A model generated the notes under the pieces. It saw nothing but the letters and a program-made list of their open reading frames with translations. It made no database searches and was not told the DNA's origin. Made by a program: the position numbers and the translations under genes. Below are positions 12,561 to 24,997 of a DNA stretch of 64,000 nucleotides, one piece after another. The first letter of the stretch is position 1, and every line of letters begins with the position of its first letter. This DNA is from the human T2T-CHM13v2.0 reference genome, Homo sapiens: NCBI RefSeq assembly GCF_009914755.1, contig NC_060930.1, one strand, 5' to 3'.

Positions 12561-13182
12561 GTATTACATTTTCAATACACTTGAAACTTTCAAAGATTTA
12601 CATTCTGAATATTTTGAGTGGATTGAGATGAATTACTGTCAGCACTCAGGTATAAAATACATTAACATCAAAGCCCATTTCCAATAATGTGAACAGTGGA
12701 TTAGGAGATTAATTTTTTAAAATTCCACATAGCTCAAGAATCTTTCAAGAATGTTCTGAATTTGGAAATTAAGCTTTCAGAAAAGATACAATAATGTCAA
12801 ATCTCCCATTTCAGCTTCTTTAGGTTTAACTTATCCATCAAGGACCCATTCAAAAGTCTTGTCCTATCCCTTTTAGCTAAAAAACCCCTCAGCTAAAAGG
12901 GAACTTCCCTATCCCTTTGACTGTATCTTTGGTGATAGAACCAGGTGATAAGTTGACTTTACCATAAGTCAACTTATGGTAAAGTGATTTGCATTCATGT
13001 TTTATCTCTCCTAAATTGTACACTCCTTGAGAGCAGAAACTGCTAGATTAGACTTGCTACTTACATGGCCAGTTTTTTGTAAAGATGAGGACCTTCAATG
13101 TGTATTAGTTGAAGAAATTCTACTTTATCTGTTCCACAAAAAGATAAATTGTGTTGATTAACTTTTCTTTCCCTTTTCACAG

Positions 13183-13401
13183 GATCAGCATGCTCTTTTG
13201 GTAAAGTATCAAGGTTTGGTTGTAAAGCAGCTAGTCAGTCAAAGTAAGAAGACTGGGCAGGGAGATTATCCCTTGAATAATGAATTAGACAAAGAACAAG
13301 AAGATGTTGCCAGTACTACTCGTAAAGAGCTTCAAGAACTTTCTTCATCCATTAAAGACCTTGTTCTCAAATCTAGGAAATCATCTGTGACGGAAGAGTA
13401 A
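13183..13401 (+). CDS. UFL1: UFL1 last coding exon ([11 protein letters not shown]...SRKSSVTEE*)
   Basis: ttcacag acceptor; TAA at 13399-13401. The nine exons total 1227 nt, i.e. 408 aa plus stop. Confidence 0.96.
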   Translation, partial: DQHALLVKYQGLVVKQLVSQSKKTGQGDYPLNNELDKEQEDVASTTRKELQELSSSIKDLVLKSRKSSVTEE

Positions 13402-15296
13402 TGATCTTAATTTACATTTGTCATATAGTAAGCATTTTCCCCCAAGGTTGAAGGTGAGTGGTCACAAAAAAGTAGTCACTATACAACTCCCCTCTCCCTG
13501 CAAAAACCACCTCATACACACACAATTCAGTTAAAACAGTAGTATTGTATTAAATGTAAATCTTAAAAAGATGTGAATTTTTGTAAATTGGGTTCTTCAT
13601 GGAAGTTTTTTTCCACCTGATTTTCACACAAATACTATATGAAATTTTTCACATTATTTTCACATAATTTTAAAAATTACATATTTCAGGTTTGTTCTCT
13701 TTCCAAATGTTGAATGAAAAACAAATTTTCCAATCCATTTATCCCTGGGGAAGGATTCATTTGTTGCGAGTGCCAGTATACTTAAATGTATACTTTATAT
13801 ACATTTAAGCAGAAATTTAAAATGTGGTCTTTTTTTTTTAAAAGAAACACTTCTGTGTCAGAAATGAAAATAAATCATGTTTTTTATTTTTAAATAGAAA
13901 GCACTTCAAAACTAAAATACAGAAATTTACAAAAAAGAAAAATTATTACTAAGCCCTTGCTCTTATTTTTGGCAGAATAAACATTGATTTTGGTTGGGGC
14001 TGCAAGGATGCCTTTACAGGTGCACAAGAACGCTAGAGTGGCCCATGCATTGCTGTGTTCTCTTCTAAAACAAGCTACTAACAAGAGAGAGAACACATGC
14101 AATTTATTACCAGTAAGCATAAGTCATATTTAACATTGGAATAACTAAGCATTTTATACAAAGATTTTTCTTTGACCCAGTTTGCATTTGTACATTTTAT
14201 TTTTTTAGTTCAACAGCTGCTCTGTCACATAATACTTTGTAAATACTAGTGTGAAAAACAGATAGGATGCCTTTTCCAGTGGTAGGAGCATCTGTAAGTG
14301 CATTTAAATCATTAGAAGCTTTTTTCCAAAACTAGAAACCCTTATTAAAAAATAGACATTTTTTTCTAAAGATTATTAGTTAAAAATAACTAAAAGAGTT
14401 CCTTAGAGTAATCATTTCAACCAAATGAATTTCAAGCAACAACTTACTTACTATTTATCAAAAAGGGATTTAATTATTTTGAATATAATTATAAATTAAA
14501 TTTCAAATATTTAAAAATACTATTTTATATAATTCCTTATGACATTTTAAACTTTATATTTTAAAATATTTGAATACGAAAAGATCAGTCTACCTCTACT
14601 CCATTCTAGACAAAGTATTAATCCTTAGTGAAAGTAATTAATTAAATTGCCAACTTGGCATTATTATTAAACTTGATAGGAACGCAACATTAAATTTAAA
14701 AATGTTTTCCCGTGGGTAATTTTCTATTATATATTTTCATATGGGCAAAGGGAAAAAATGATAAATCCTCTGTAATCACAAACCCCAATTTCGTTTTGTT
14801 TATTCAGCTTCTAAAATATTGAACACCCAGACTTTTAATTCAACCTTTAAGAACCTTATCATTTATGTTTCAGTAGATATCAAAGTAATCCATGTTTGTG
14901 TCAAATGATCATAGAAAATAAATAGAAGAGACAGTGAAGCAAGTAAAAAGAAAAGCATTGTTTTAATTTGTTTGCATTAATTTTTTTCATTTGTCAAAAT
15001 GCTTCTTTTGTTGCCACAGTAAAGAACAGTTTTTATTGTTTTGTAAGTAAAATTACGTAGCTGATTTTGTATGTAAAGATTAATTTCCATAATAAAAATT
15101 ATTGTATGTTTACTGTGATCTTAATGGGCAGGGTTAAGAAAGTTATTTAAAATAAAGTTACCTATTCTACTAAATTTTATAGTACTTTGAAGCTTCTATT
15201 AATTAACACAAAGATTAATTGGTGCATATATTTTATATATATACATTTTGAATTCTCATTTTGAACATTATTAAAGGATTTTATTTTTCTTACACA
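13402..15296 (+). other. UFL1: UFL1 3' UTR (approximate end)
   Basis: Very AT-rich sequence after the stop with no TE I recognise. AATAAA at 13869, 13976, 14917, 15091 and 15151, ATTAAA at 15270. The exact cleavage site is inferred. Confidence 0.65.
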
Positions 15297-15793
15297 AAAA
15301 TAGTTCCAGAGCTCTCAGTGTCTTTCATTCCTTGAGAGTTTGCCATTCTCAAACCATTTTATCTTAGTAAATTATTTCTCAATTAACTAGATTTCAGCAA
15401 ATGTGTAGCTGTATTCTTGCATATGCTAATTCCTGCTATTGCAGTCGGGGTAGAAATATTGGAAAATGTGCTCAGGTATTCATGTTCATGTGTTCCAGCT
15501 CTAGACTTACTTATGTGCTTTTCAAGAGTTAAGGAAACTCTTGGCCATCAGAAAGATCCGATGAAGAGTGGCATATAGTATCAAAATCACAGTGTATTTT
15601 GTGAAAAGACCTTAATGCTAAATTAGGACAATAAATGTAATAGTTGCTTAACCTGAATGTATTATTAGAGAAATGCTTTACTTAGACCAAAAAGCACCAT
15701 GGATAAGGTCAGGGTGCAATGGTGATCTGAAGCTGGAATCAGACTGCAAAGGAACAGTTCATTCCTTCCTCAGAAATGTCACTAGAACCAGAG

Positions 15794-18011
15794 TGTATTA
15801 GTCCGTTTTCACGCTGCTAATAAAGACTACCCGAGACTGGGCAATTTACAAAAGAAAGAGGTTTATTGGACTTAAATTTCCATGTGGCTGGAGAGGCCTC
15901 ACAATCATGGCAGAAGGTAAAAGGCAATGTCTCACATGATGCCAGACAAGGGAAGAGGAGCTTGTGCAGGGAAACTCCCCCTTTTAAATTCATCAGATCT
16001 CATGAGACTCATTCACTATCAAGAGAACAGAGCAGGAAAGACCTGCCCCCATAATTCAATCACCTCCCACCCTGTTCTTCCCATGACACGTAGGAATTGT
16101 GGGAGTCAGAATTCAAGATGAGATTTGAATGGGGACACAGCCAAAACATATCGTTCCATCCCTGGCCCCTCCCAAATCTCATGTCCTCACATTTCAAAAC
16201 CAATCAATCATGCCTTCCCGACAGTCCCCAAAATCTTAATTCATTTTAGCATTAACTCAAAAGTCCACAGTCCAATGTCTCATCTGAGACAAGGTAAGTC
16301 CCTTCCTCCCATGAAGCTATAAAATCAAAAGCAAGTTAGTTACTTCCTAAATACAATGGGGATACAGGCATTGGGTAAATACAGCCATTCCAAATGGGAG
16401 AAATTGGCCAAAACAAAGGGGCTACAATCCCTATGTCAAAGTCCAGCAGGCAGTCAAATCTTAATGCTCCCTTTGACTCCATGTTTTGCATCTGAGTCAC
16501 ACTGATGCTAGAAGTGAGTTCCCATGGTCTTGGGCAGCTCCCCCTCTGTGGCGTTGCCGGGTACAGTCTCCTCCTGGCTGCCTTCATGGGCTGGCATTGA
16601 GTGTGGCATTTCCAGGCACATGGTGCAAGCTGTCAGTGGAGCTACCATTCTGGGGTCTGGAGGACAGAGGCCCTCTTCTCAGAGCTCCACTAGGCGGTGC
16701 CCTAGTAGGGACTCTGTGTGGGGGCTCCCACCCCACATTTCCCTTCTGCACTGCTCTAGCAGAGGTTCTCCATGAGGACCCCGCCCCTGCAGCAAACGTC
16801 TGCAGGGGCATCCAGACGTTTCCATACATCTTCTGAAATATAGGCGGAGGTTTCCAAACCTCAATTCTTGACTTCCGTGCACTCGCAGACTCAACATCAC
16901 GTGGAAGCTGCCAAGGCTTGGGCTTGCACCCTCTGAAGCCATGATTAGAGTGGTTGGGATGCAGGGCACCAAGTCCCTAGGCTGCACACAGCACGTGGAC
17001 CTGGCCCACGAAACCATTTTCTCCTAGGCCTCTGGGCCTGTGATGGGAGAGGCTGCCGTGAAGATCTCTGATACGCCATGGAGACATTTTCCCCCATTGT
17101 CTTGGTGATTTAACATTTGGTTCCCTGTTACTTATGCAAGTTTCTGCAGCTGGCTTGAATTTCTCCTCAGAAAATGGGTTTTTCTTTTCTATCACATTGT
17201 CAGGCTGCAAATTTTCCAAACCTTTATGCTCTGCTTCCCTTATAAAACTGAATGTCTTTAATAGCACCCAAGTCACCTTGAATGCTTTGCTGCTTAGAAA
17301 TTTCTTCCACCAGATACCCTAAATCATCTCTCTCAAGTTCAAAGTTCCACAGATCTCTAGGGCAGGGGAGAGATGCCACCAGTTTCTTTGCTAAAACATA
17401 ACGAGAGTCACCTTTGCTCCAGTTCCCAACAAGTTCCTCATCTCCATCTGAGATCACCTCAACCTGGACTTTATTGTCCATATTGCTCTCAGCATTTTGG
17501 GCAAAGCTATTCAAGTCTCTAGGAAGTTTCAAACTTGCCCACATTTTCCTGTCTTCTTCTGAGCCCTCCAAACTCTTCCAACCTCTGCCTGCTACCCAGT
17601 TCCAAAGTCACTTCCACATTTTCAGGTATCTTTTCAGCTGCACCCAACTCTACTGGTACTAATTTACCATTTTCATGCTGCTGATAAAGACATACTCAAG
17701 ACTGGGCAATTTACAAAAGAAAGAGGTTTATTGGACTTACAGTTCCACATGGCTCGGGAGGCCTCACAATCATGGCAGAAGGTGAAAAGCGCATCTCACA
17801 TGGCGGTGGACAAGAGAATTTGTGCAGGGAAACGCCCCTTTTTAAAACCATCAGATCTCCTGAGACTCATTCACTATCACAGGAACAGCACAGAAAAGAC
17901 CTGCCCCCACATTTCAATCACCTCCCACCAGGTTCCTCCCATGACACATGGGAAATATGGGAGTTACAATTCAAGATGAGATTTGGGTGGAGGCACAGCC
18001 AAACCATTTCA
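15794..18011 (-). mobile_element. Full-length THE1 (ERVL-MaLR, THE1A/B-like): LTR 15794-16153, internal region, LTR ~17668-18011
   Basis: Two direct copies of gagactgggcaatttacaaaagaaagaggtttattggac...ggcctcacaatcatggcagaagg...aattcaagatgagatttg; reverse-complemented THE1 termini; TSD cagag/cagaa (4 of 5). Confidence 0.92.
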
Positions 18012-19790
18012 CAGAAACAAATGGGATTTTTTCTATCAAGAAGTAACTGATGTGAGTTGGGAGGGAGTAAGAGGATGGAAGATTTACTTTCTTTCACTAA
18101 GACCAATGAAGAATTTCCCCCAATACATGGGAGATGTAATAAATGCACACACAAAACTCCCCTGGGATGTACATTTTCCACACAAATCTGGGAGCACTGT
18201 TCAAGTGGCTATTTAAATGACCTGCAAATTCACACAAGTTGCTCTATCTTGAGGACCCTACTAAGCGTACAACAGAATAAATAGATCCAGGAGAGGCTTC
18301 TTTCAAACCTTCTAAGAATGAAACTGACTTTCAGGCTTTCAGAAAAACAATTTGTATTACACTTACATCATAAAAAAGAAGGAATAACCACTGTAAACAT
18401 GTATTCAATGTTTATAAGTTCCCAGTGTTGTATTATTTGTTTTATCAAACTTGCCCCTAGTTGCATCTCTATTTCTCTGAAGTGATTAGTAGTAAGACAA
18501 TCTGGGTGTTTGTTTTAAGGAGCAGGAAAGACAGGATTACATTGATGGTGAAATGGAGGAAAGGGAGAACATGGTGAATTTATGGACTTGGCCTAATTTA
18601 CTGGATCGTGTATGACAGCTAAATACTAGGAAGGCACATATCAACTTTAAAGGTATGTTTTACTTTCAAAGAAATAACAAGTCAATAATTACAGTTAAAT
18701 ATAGTGTCTTGGTAAAAGTACACAGAGGGTGTTGTGACAAGAAATGAAATTTAGACTGTGTTGCACAATGGGGAGGCTGGAAATAACACCTGAACCAAGA
18801 GTCCAGAGAGAAAAAAAGAAGGATTAGCCTTGGTGAAAATGAGAGAAGGGAAGGAGAGCATATTAAGGCAGAGAAAAGGAGGTACAGAAGTACTATGACG
18901 CTAATTAGAATGAAATAATGAGATGTGGGGAGCCAAGAAGTCTGAGAAATATAATAACTGATCTGGGGAAGTAGTGTAAGATAAAGTAGAGAGAATAGGG
19001 GGGTTTTGAAATGCCTTAAACACTAAGCTACAAAGTTCAACCACTATCTCAAAAACATGGAAGCCTTTAAAAGATTCAACTAACCAGGGAAATTAAGTAA
19101 TTACATTTGTCTTCTAAAAAAATTACATTCTGGAAAGCAATTTGGCAATTTACCAAAATTCTTTAAAATGTACATATTATTCGTGAAATTAATGTCTTCC
19201 TTTTCTGAGAATTAAAATGACTAAAAAATGTATACGAGTCTTTTTTCCCAGCCTCTAGTAGAGAGGAACATGGACACCTTCTCTTGCACAGAAACAGGCC
19301 AATCTTGGCTCTGAAATAGTCTATTCAGATACTAGTCTGCCAAAGAAAAACTGCGATCTGATTAGTCAACCTAAGACAAAAGTCTCAAAGGTTGTCTCAT
19401 GTTTTGTGTTACTCAATGTAAAGAAGTAAAAGTGCTTTGTCAAACTGTTTTACTACTGAGCCTGTCTTTACTCATCTAAAATGCAGTCCTTAACCTAATT
19501 CTATCATACAGACTTCAGAGTTGGGTAAGAACTTGAAGACTTGACACATAGAACATATTGTTGTTTAAATACAACCTAATAAATGTAAATGTACTTAAAG
19601 TCAATGTTCTAGATTTTTCTCCTTTCCTCTTTTCAGTCTTAATCTCAGTCCTGTGATTTGTATGTTTTAAATGCTGAGTGTATCTTTTGGTGTTGAAAAA
19701 AGAGAGAAAAAAAAAGGAGAGCTATTCCATTATGTATTTTATTACATAGCAACTATTTGTTATAGCCACTTTAAAAATATTTTATTGGCT

Positions 19791-20200
19791 TGTCCATCAG
19801 TGAATGACTGGATAAAGAAAATGTGGCACATCTACACCATGGAATACTATGCAGCCATAAAAAAGGATGAGTTTGTGTCCTTTGCAGGGACATGGATGAA
19901 GCTGGAAACCATCATTCTCAGCAAAGTAACACAAGAAGAGAAAACCAAACACCACATGTTCTTACTGATAAATGGGAGTTGAACAATGAGAACACATGGA
20001 CACAGGGAGGGGAACACCACGCACCGGGGCCTGTTGTAGGGTGAGGGGCTGGGGGAGGGATAGTATTAGGAGAAATATCTAATGTAAATGATGAGTTGAT
20101 GGGTGCAGCAAACCAACATGGCACATGTATACATATGTAACAAACCTGTATGTTGTGCACATGTACCCCAGAACTTAAAGTATAATAATAAAATAAAAAA
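19791..20200 (+). mobile_element. 5'-truncated L1PA 3' end with 18-bp TSD
   Basis: gaaaatgtggcacat...gaacttaaagtataat; TSD AAAAATATTTTATTGGCT at 19773-19790 and 20196-20213; TT/AAAA endonuclease site. Confidence 0.93.
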
Positions 20201-20255
20201 TATTTTATTGGCTTGGAAAATTACAGTATATTAAGTGAAAACAAGGATACAGATT

Positions 20256-20711
20256 TATAATGGGGTTCAGGATGCACTACGCTAAAATATGGCACCTTGG
20301 TGTTTGAGAAAACTCCAGAAGCAGGAAGATCATTCCCACCTTCCCTTTACCCTTCTCTCCCGAGGCAGGTCATAAGACCCTCATTCAAGAGACCTCCCTA
20401 TGCCTGGAAGAAAGGAACACAAAGAAGAGTCTAAACAAACAGGCCTTGCTAAGTTCCCCCGAGTGTATAATCATTAGACTATATCCCCTTTGTCCAGTCA
20501 TACTTTTCCATGACTATCCACTCTTCATCAAATCTAAGCATAAAAATACACACGTTTATCTCTTGCTTTGAGTCTTCATTTCTGAAAGGCTCCCATGTCC
20601 CATAAAAACTTACATTAAATAATTTGTATACTTTTATTAATTTGCCTTTTTTTATAGGGGCCTCAACCATAAACCTAGTAATGGAAAAGAAAAATATCTC
20701 GCACTTTCTAC
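20256..20711 (+). mobile_element. ERV1-class solo LTR (MER31/MER67/MER93-like; subfamily uncertain)
   Basis: ggggttcaggatgcactacgctaaaatatggcacc start; ggccttgctaagttcccc; gtcttcatttctgaaaggctccc; ends ...ctaca. Confidence 0.6.
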
Positions 20712-20999
20712 AAGTATATACAATGTGGTCTTGGTTTTCTAACTAAATATACTGCATAACTATGTTATGCAATATATTTACAAAAAATTTTAGCATTTCT
20801 CTGTATCATTAATATATGAATGATACAAAGCCTAAAGAGGTACACAAAGATTTGGTCTGGGCTGTCTTGGATTGCAAATCATTTTACATTTTACATTTTC
20901 TGTATATGTTTTCCAGTTTCTGTTCCAGATTATCTGCAAGAAGCATGTATTTTATAATTTAACAAACTTATTTAAAAATAATATTTTTCTATAGAGAAG

Positions 21000-21760
21000 G
21001 ATAGAAAGGGATCAGGCTGAGGCAGATGCCAGTTATTTTATGGCTGACAGAATAATCTGAGTGAGACATGTGAGACATGGAATGCAGGGGTGAGGACAAA
21101 TTTGAGAAAGATCATTTAACAAACTAGAACCTACAGAAGGTGGACAATGATGGGGATGGTGGAGGATAAATGAGGAAAGGGAATACTCTAACATAAGGGG
21201 TGGATGATTGTGCCATTCCCTGAAGTAGGAAATACAGCAAACTAACAAGTTTGGAATGGGGAGAAGACAATAAGGATATTTGGGACTGTTGAGTTTGAGA
21301 TGGCTGGGGACCCCTAGACAAGGTTTTCTAATAGATAGCGGGATACAGGTCTGGAACCTTGAAGAGTGGTATCAGATGAAAGTACACATTTGGGAGTCAT
21401 GTTGTATAAAATTGTTCATTGTTTTGATGAAGAACGTGATGGAAAGTCTGCAGAGAAGCATACTGAACAGAAGATAAAGCTCTAGGGAAGAGTGAGGTGA
21501 ATAGAGAGAAAGTGAGGGTGCTAAGAGCAAACAGAAAATCAGAAGGGTGTAACATAGCAAAACCAAGGGAAGATAATTTCAGAAAGAAATAGACATGGCC
21601 AGAGATGAGAATTTTTCGGTAAGACTGAAGACCATACTCTTTGGGTTGCTAATCAAGGTTGTATATGATCTTAATGAAGCTTTTTTGGAGCGGTTCAAGT
21701 GAAAGACAGATTGCAATAAGTTGGGAGGGAGAAGAAGGCTCAGAATGTAGTAGGTTTGGA
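21000..21760 (-). mobile_element. L2 LINE fragments
   Basis: Purine-rich stretch with ttgagtttgagatg, caggtctggaac, tttgggagtcat motifs. Confidence 0.5.
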
Positions 21761-22285
21761 ATGACTTGGTGGATGTAGATTACCCTCTCAGGAAGCATGG
21801 GAGCAAATAAAGAGGGTGATGGTCCCAGGCACTTTTACATCTCAAGGACTGCTTTCCTTGCCCATAAAACAAGGAAAATACAGGCAGTACCTGTTTAGCA
21901 ATGGTGTCCTAAGGATTAAAATCTATTACTAATGAAATATACTTGTGTCCTTTTGCTGAATCCAAATTTATTGTTGTTAGTCGCCATATGTTCATTTTCA
22001 TAATGTCTTAATCATTAAAGTCAAGTGAATAACAAAACATACAGTTAACTGGCTCTGCATTTCTCTAGCTCAAGTTCTTTGACTGTATATACCCGAGTTT
22101 GACCTTAGAAGATATTAACATTTCATTCCTTTAGCAGTTAGAACAAGGACAGTTTAAGTTTGGTCTGGGATTAAGGCAGAATTTCTTCTCTCATCCTGCC
22201 TTCCAAACTGAAGAAATGGCCTCAAATGGAGATTCTAAGAGAAAATGTCACTTGCCTTATGAATCAGTGTGCCCCACTGAGGATA

Positions 22286-22295
22286 CCTATTATGG
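22286..22295. promoter_or_regulatory. CArG box (SRF consensus) CCTATTATGG
   Basis: Exact CC(A/T)6GG ~150 bp upstream of the candidate FHL5 upstream exon; function untested. Confidence 0.35.
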
Positions 22296-22439
22296 ATTGG
22301 TTTAATATCCAAAAATTTCTTCAGATCCAACTCTTGACATCTCTGTCCACTTTTTGTGTTTTGAAGATTTCAAAAGACTCAATGAGTTTATGCTTTATGA
22401 AGTCATAGAGCCATGGATGTGATGTCACAATTGTGGCCA

Positions 22440-22619
22440 GCTCACCAGGAAGCAGGCAGAGCGGGGAAGGCTGAGTCCACACTGCAAGTCCAGAGAGCAG
22501 GGAACTACCTTGAGTATTCTACTCAAACTTATGTCTCAGAGTTCCCCAATTTCCCAAGAAGGGAGAGATAGAGGCCACAATCCAGGGGGCCATCTCTTAA
22601 GGTACCAATAATTTTGCAG
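22440..22619 (+). other. FHL5: Candidate upstream non-coding first exon of FHL5
   Basis: Strong donor CAG|gtaaga at 22619/22620 in unique, GC-richer sequence, with CArG and CRE-like motifs just upstream. The start position is a guess. Confidence 0.4.
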
Positions 22620-23079
22620 GTAAGAGCATGGGACCTCATCCCTTTCCAGATGGCCTCAAAAGGAGATTCTAAGAGACAATGTCCAAAAGAAAAGCTCAGC
22701 GGTTCAGACATTTCTAACCTAAAAGAAGGGTTCTGATCACCACCAGAAAACAAAGAAAACAAAGCCAAAAACAGATTGAGGAAACAGAAAATACATCATC
22801 CTTTTAGAGTATTATTTTTATAAATATGCCCTTAATTTAGCCTAGTTAGTGGAAATTTCTCAAGTGTGTATGCGTCTGTGTGAACATTGTGTATTTTAAA
22901 CTTTTTGGAGCTTAGCCAGATACTTCGAATGCTAATCCTGGCAGAATTTCCCTTTAAGGATGTCCTGCAGAGAATTTGTTACTCATAGTTTTAAGTAAAA
23001 ATTGACAAATAGTGCTTTTTCAGCCCAGTAGGAGTCATGTACACGGTATAAGACTTGGAGGAAATGCAGGGACCCTTCT

Positions 23080-23254
23080 GTTTTCTCCTGCAAAGTTGAA
23101 AAAGCTGCATGCAGTTGGAAGGGATCTTCAGATGGTGCTGGTGACTTTCTGTTCCTTTTGGAGTTGACATGCATGTGGATTGGAGGAAAAATAATCAACA
23201 TATATTCTCCTTTCGTACTGTTTAAATCACAGGAAGAAGCGGCTTTAAGACAAA
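23080..23254 (+). other. FHL5: Probable non-coding 5' exon of FHL5
   Basis: Strong donor AAA|gtgagt at 23254/23255 and TATA-like TATAAG at 23047-23052. The first coding exon has an acceptor 12 nt before its ATG, so it needs an upstream exon. The TSS is approximate. Confidence 0.6.
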
Positions 23255-24873
23255 GTGAGTTCTTTCCCCCAAATATTTCCTTTGTTTTGTTTTGTGGTAT
23301 TTTGACTTCTCTAATTTTTTTTTAAGGATGAGAAATTTTTATAAACTTTCCAGTAACTACTTAAGAGAAAACTTTTGCTTGGCAAAAGTGTATGCCTTTT
23401 GAAGTTTCTTAGCCATTTTAGCTAAAGGTTATCAAATTTTATATGCTGAGCTTTTCAGATTTCTCATTCTTATAACTTGCATGTGGAGGTAACATAGGGG
23501 CCAGATAACTCCTTGGAATTGCCTCTTGAGTTTTTCTAATGGTCTTAATGTGGGGTATAGCTTTATTGTTGTAAAAAGAGGAAGAAGAGGAGGGCTCTTG
23601 AGATTTTATTTGGCTTAATTTATTTGAATGAATAACATTATCACTGAGCATATTTTATGACTAGATTTATATTTCAAGAGCACATTTTGAAGTCACTTAC
23701 AGGTTTTAAGTAAAAGGAGTTAATGAGATTCCTGCTATTTTCAAGAAAAATCTGCCTACTTTCCAGAAGTGGGCATACAAAAATTCATAATCTTTAATTT
23801 TCTAAGGTTAAATTAAAATATCTGTGTTTCCAGCCCACAGAAATATATAATAGACTATATCAATCTAAAGTGCTACTTCTTGAAACAGAGGTAGTGTTAT
23901 TCAGGCAAAAAGCATACATCCCATATGTGTTAATGCTTTCTCTCTCACTATTTTAGTCATATCCTCTTTGGTACCTATCATTCATTTGAAAACCAAATGC
24001 AGCTCCTCAGCTGTCATTTCAGACTTTAGAAAATTGGAAACTAAAAAGAATTATTAACAAAATGCATAGCTCTCATACATAAAATGTAAGGAAATCCTTG
24101 AGCCATTTTAGCCCTCATTTTATATCCACAATACCATCATGTGTAAATACTAGCATTTTTATTAGCAAAGCATATGGATTAAAATTTAACATAGGTATTG
24201 CAAACATATGTATCATACAAGATATTTCTTAACATATGTGTTATGATATATGCTTTAAGCCATAATCCAAATTGCTTTAAGGGGAAGGTAAACTCTAGTG
24301 TCTGTTTTCTACACTTGTTCTATTTATTCTCACATTATTATTAGTTGCCAAATCTGGGACTGTTCTACCTAAGCAAGAGTAGTAGATTTGTGTTTTAATA
24401 TAACACCACCTCACTGACAAATTTACCTCTTATTTTTATTACACTTACCAACATTTTGAGTAAAGCTGAATTAATCTGTGTTTCTTACATAAGACTGGGT
24501 ACTTTTCTACTATAATATTACAAATAAGAGTTTAGAAAATTTAGAGATTTAGAGAATATTTAGAGACAGATATTTAATTTGTCTGTTTTTATTTTTTCAA
24601 TCGAGGGAACATGATCTCTTTAGAAATGAAAGCTGAATACTTGGGTTCGCATGGGAAGCTCTGAATCAGATATTAGTTAAACCAGCTTGCATTTCCTTGT
24701 TCTTGTAATTATCTTTTTCCTCTCCAATTACCATAATTTTTCTTGGTTACTTTTTGGTACCCTGAAAGCTCATTGAAGGAGAGGAAGAGAAGAAAGAGGT
24801 AGAGGAAGAGGAGGAGAAGGAGGACTCCTTTTTGCCCAACATGCCTCAAATCCCTGCAAAATAATCAGCTTGA

Positions 24874-24997
24874 GGCCAGGCACGGTGGCTCACTTCTGTA
24901 ATCCTAGCTTTGGGAGGCCAAGGTCGTGGGGATCACTTGAGCCCAGGGTTCAAGACCAGCTGGGGCAATATAGGGAGACTCTATTTAAAATAAAAAT
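24874..24997 (+). mobile_element. Free left Alu monomer (FLAM_C-like)
   Basis: ggccaggcacggtggctcac...gatcacttgagcccag; TSD AAATAATCAGCTT at 24859-24871 and 24998-25010. Confidence 0.85.

Noticed and set aside
15866-18050. Dense cluster of overlapping 60-116 aa ORFs on both strands
   Set aside because: All lie inside the THE1 element and reflect its higher GC content and decayed internal ORF.
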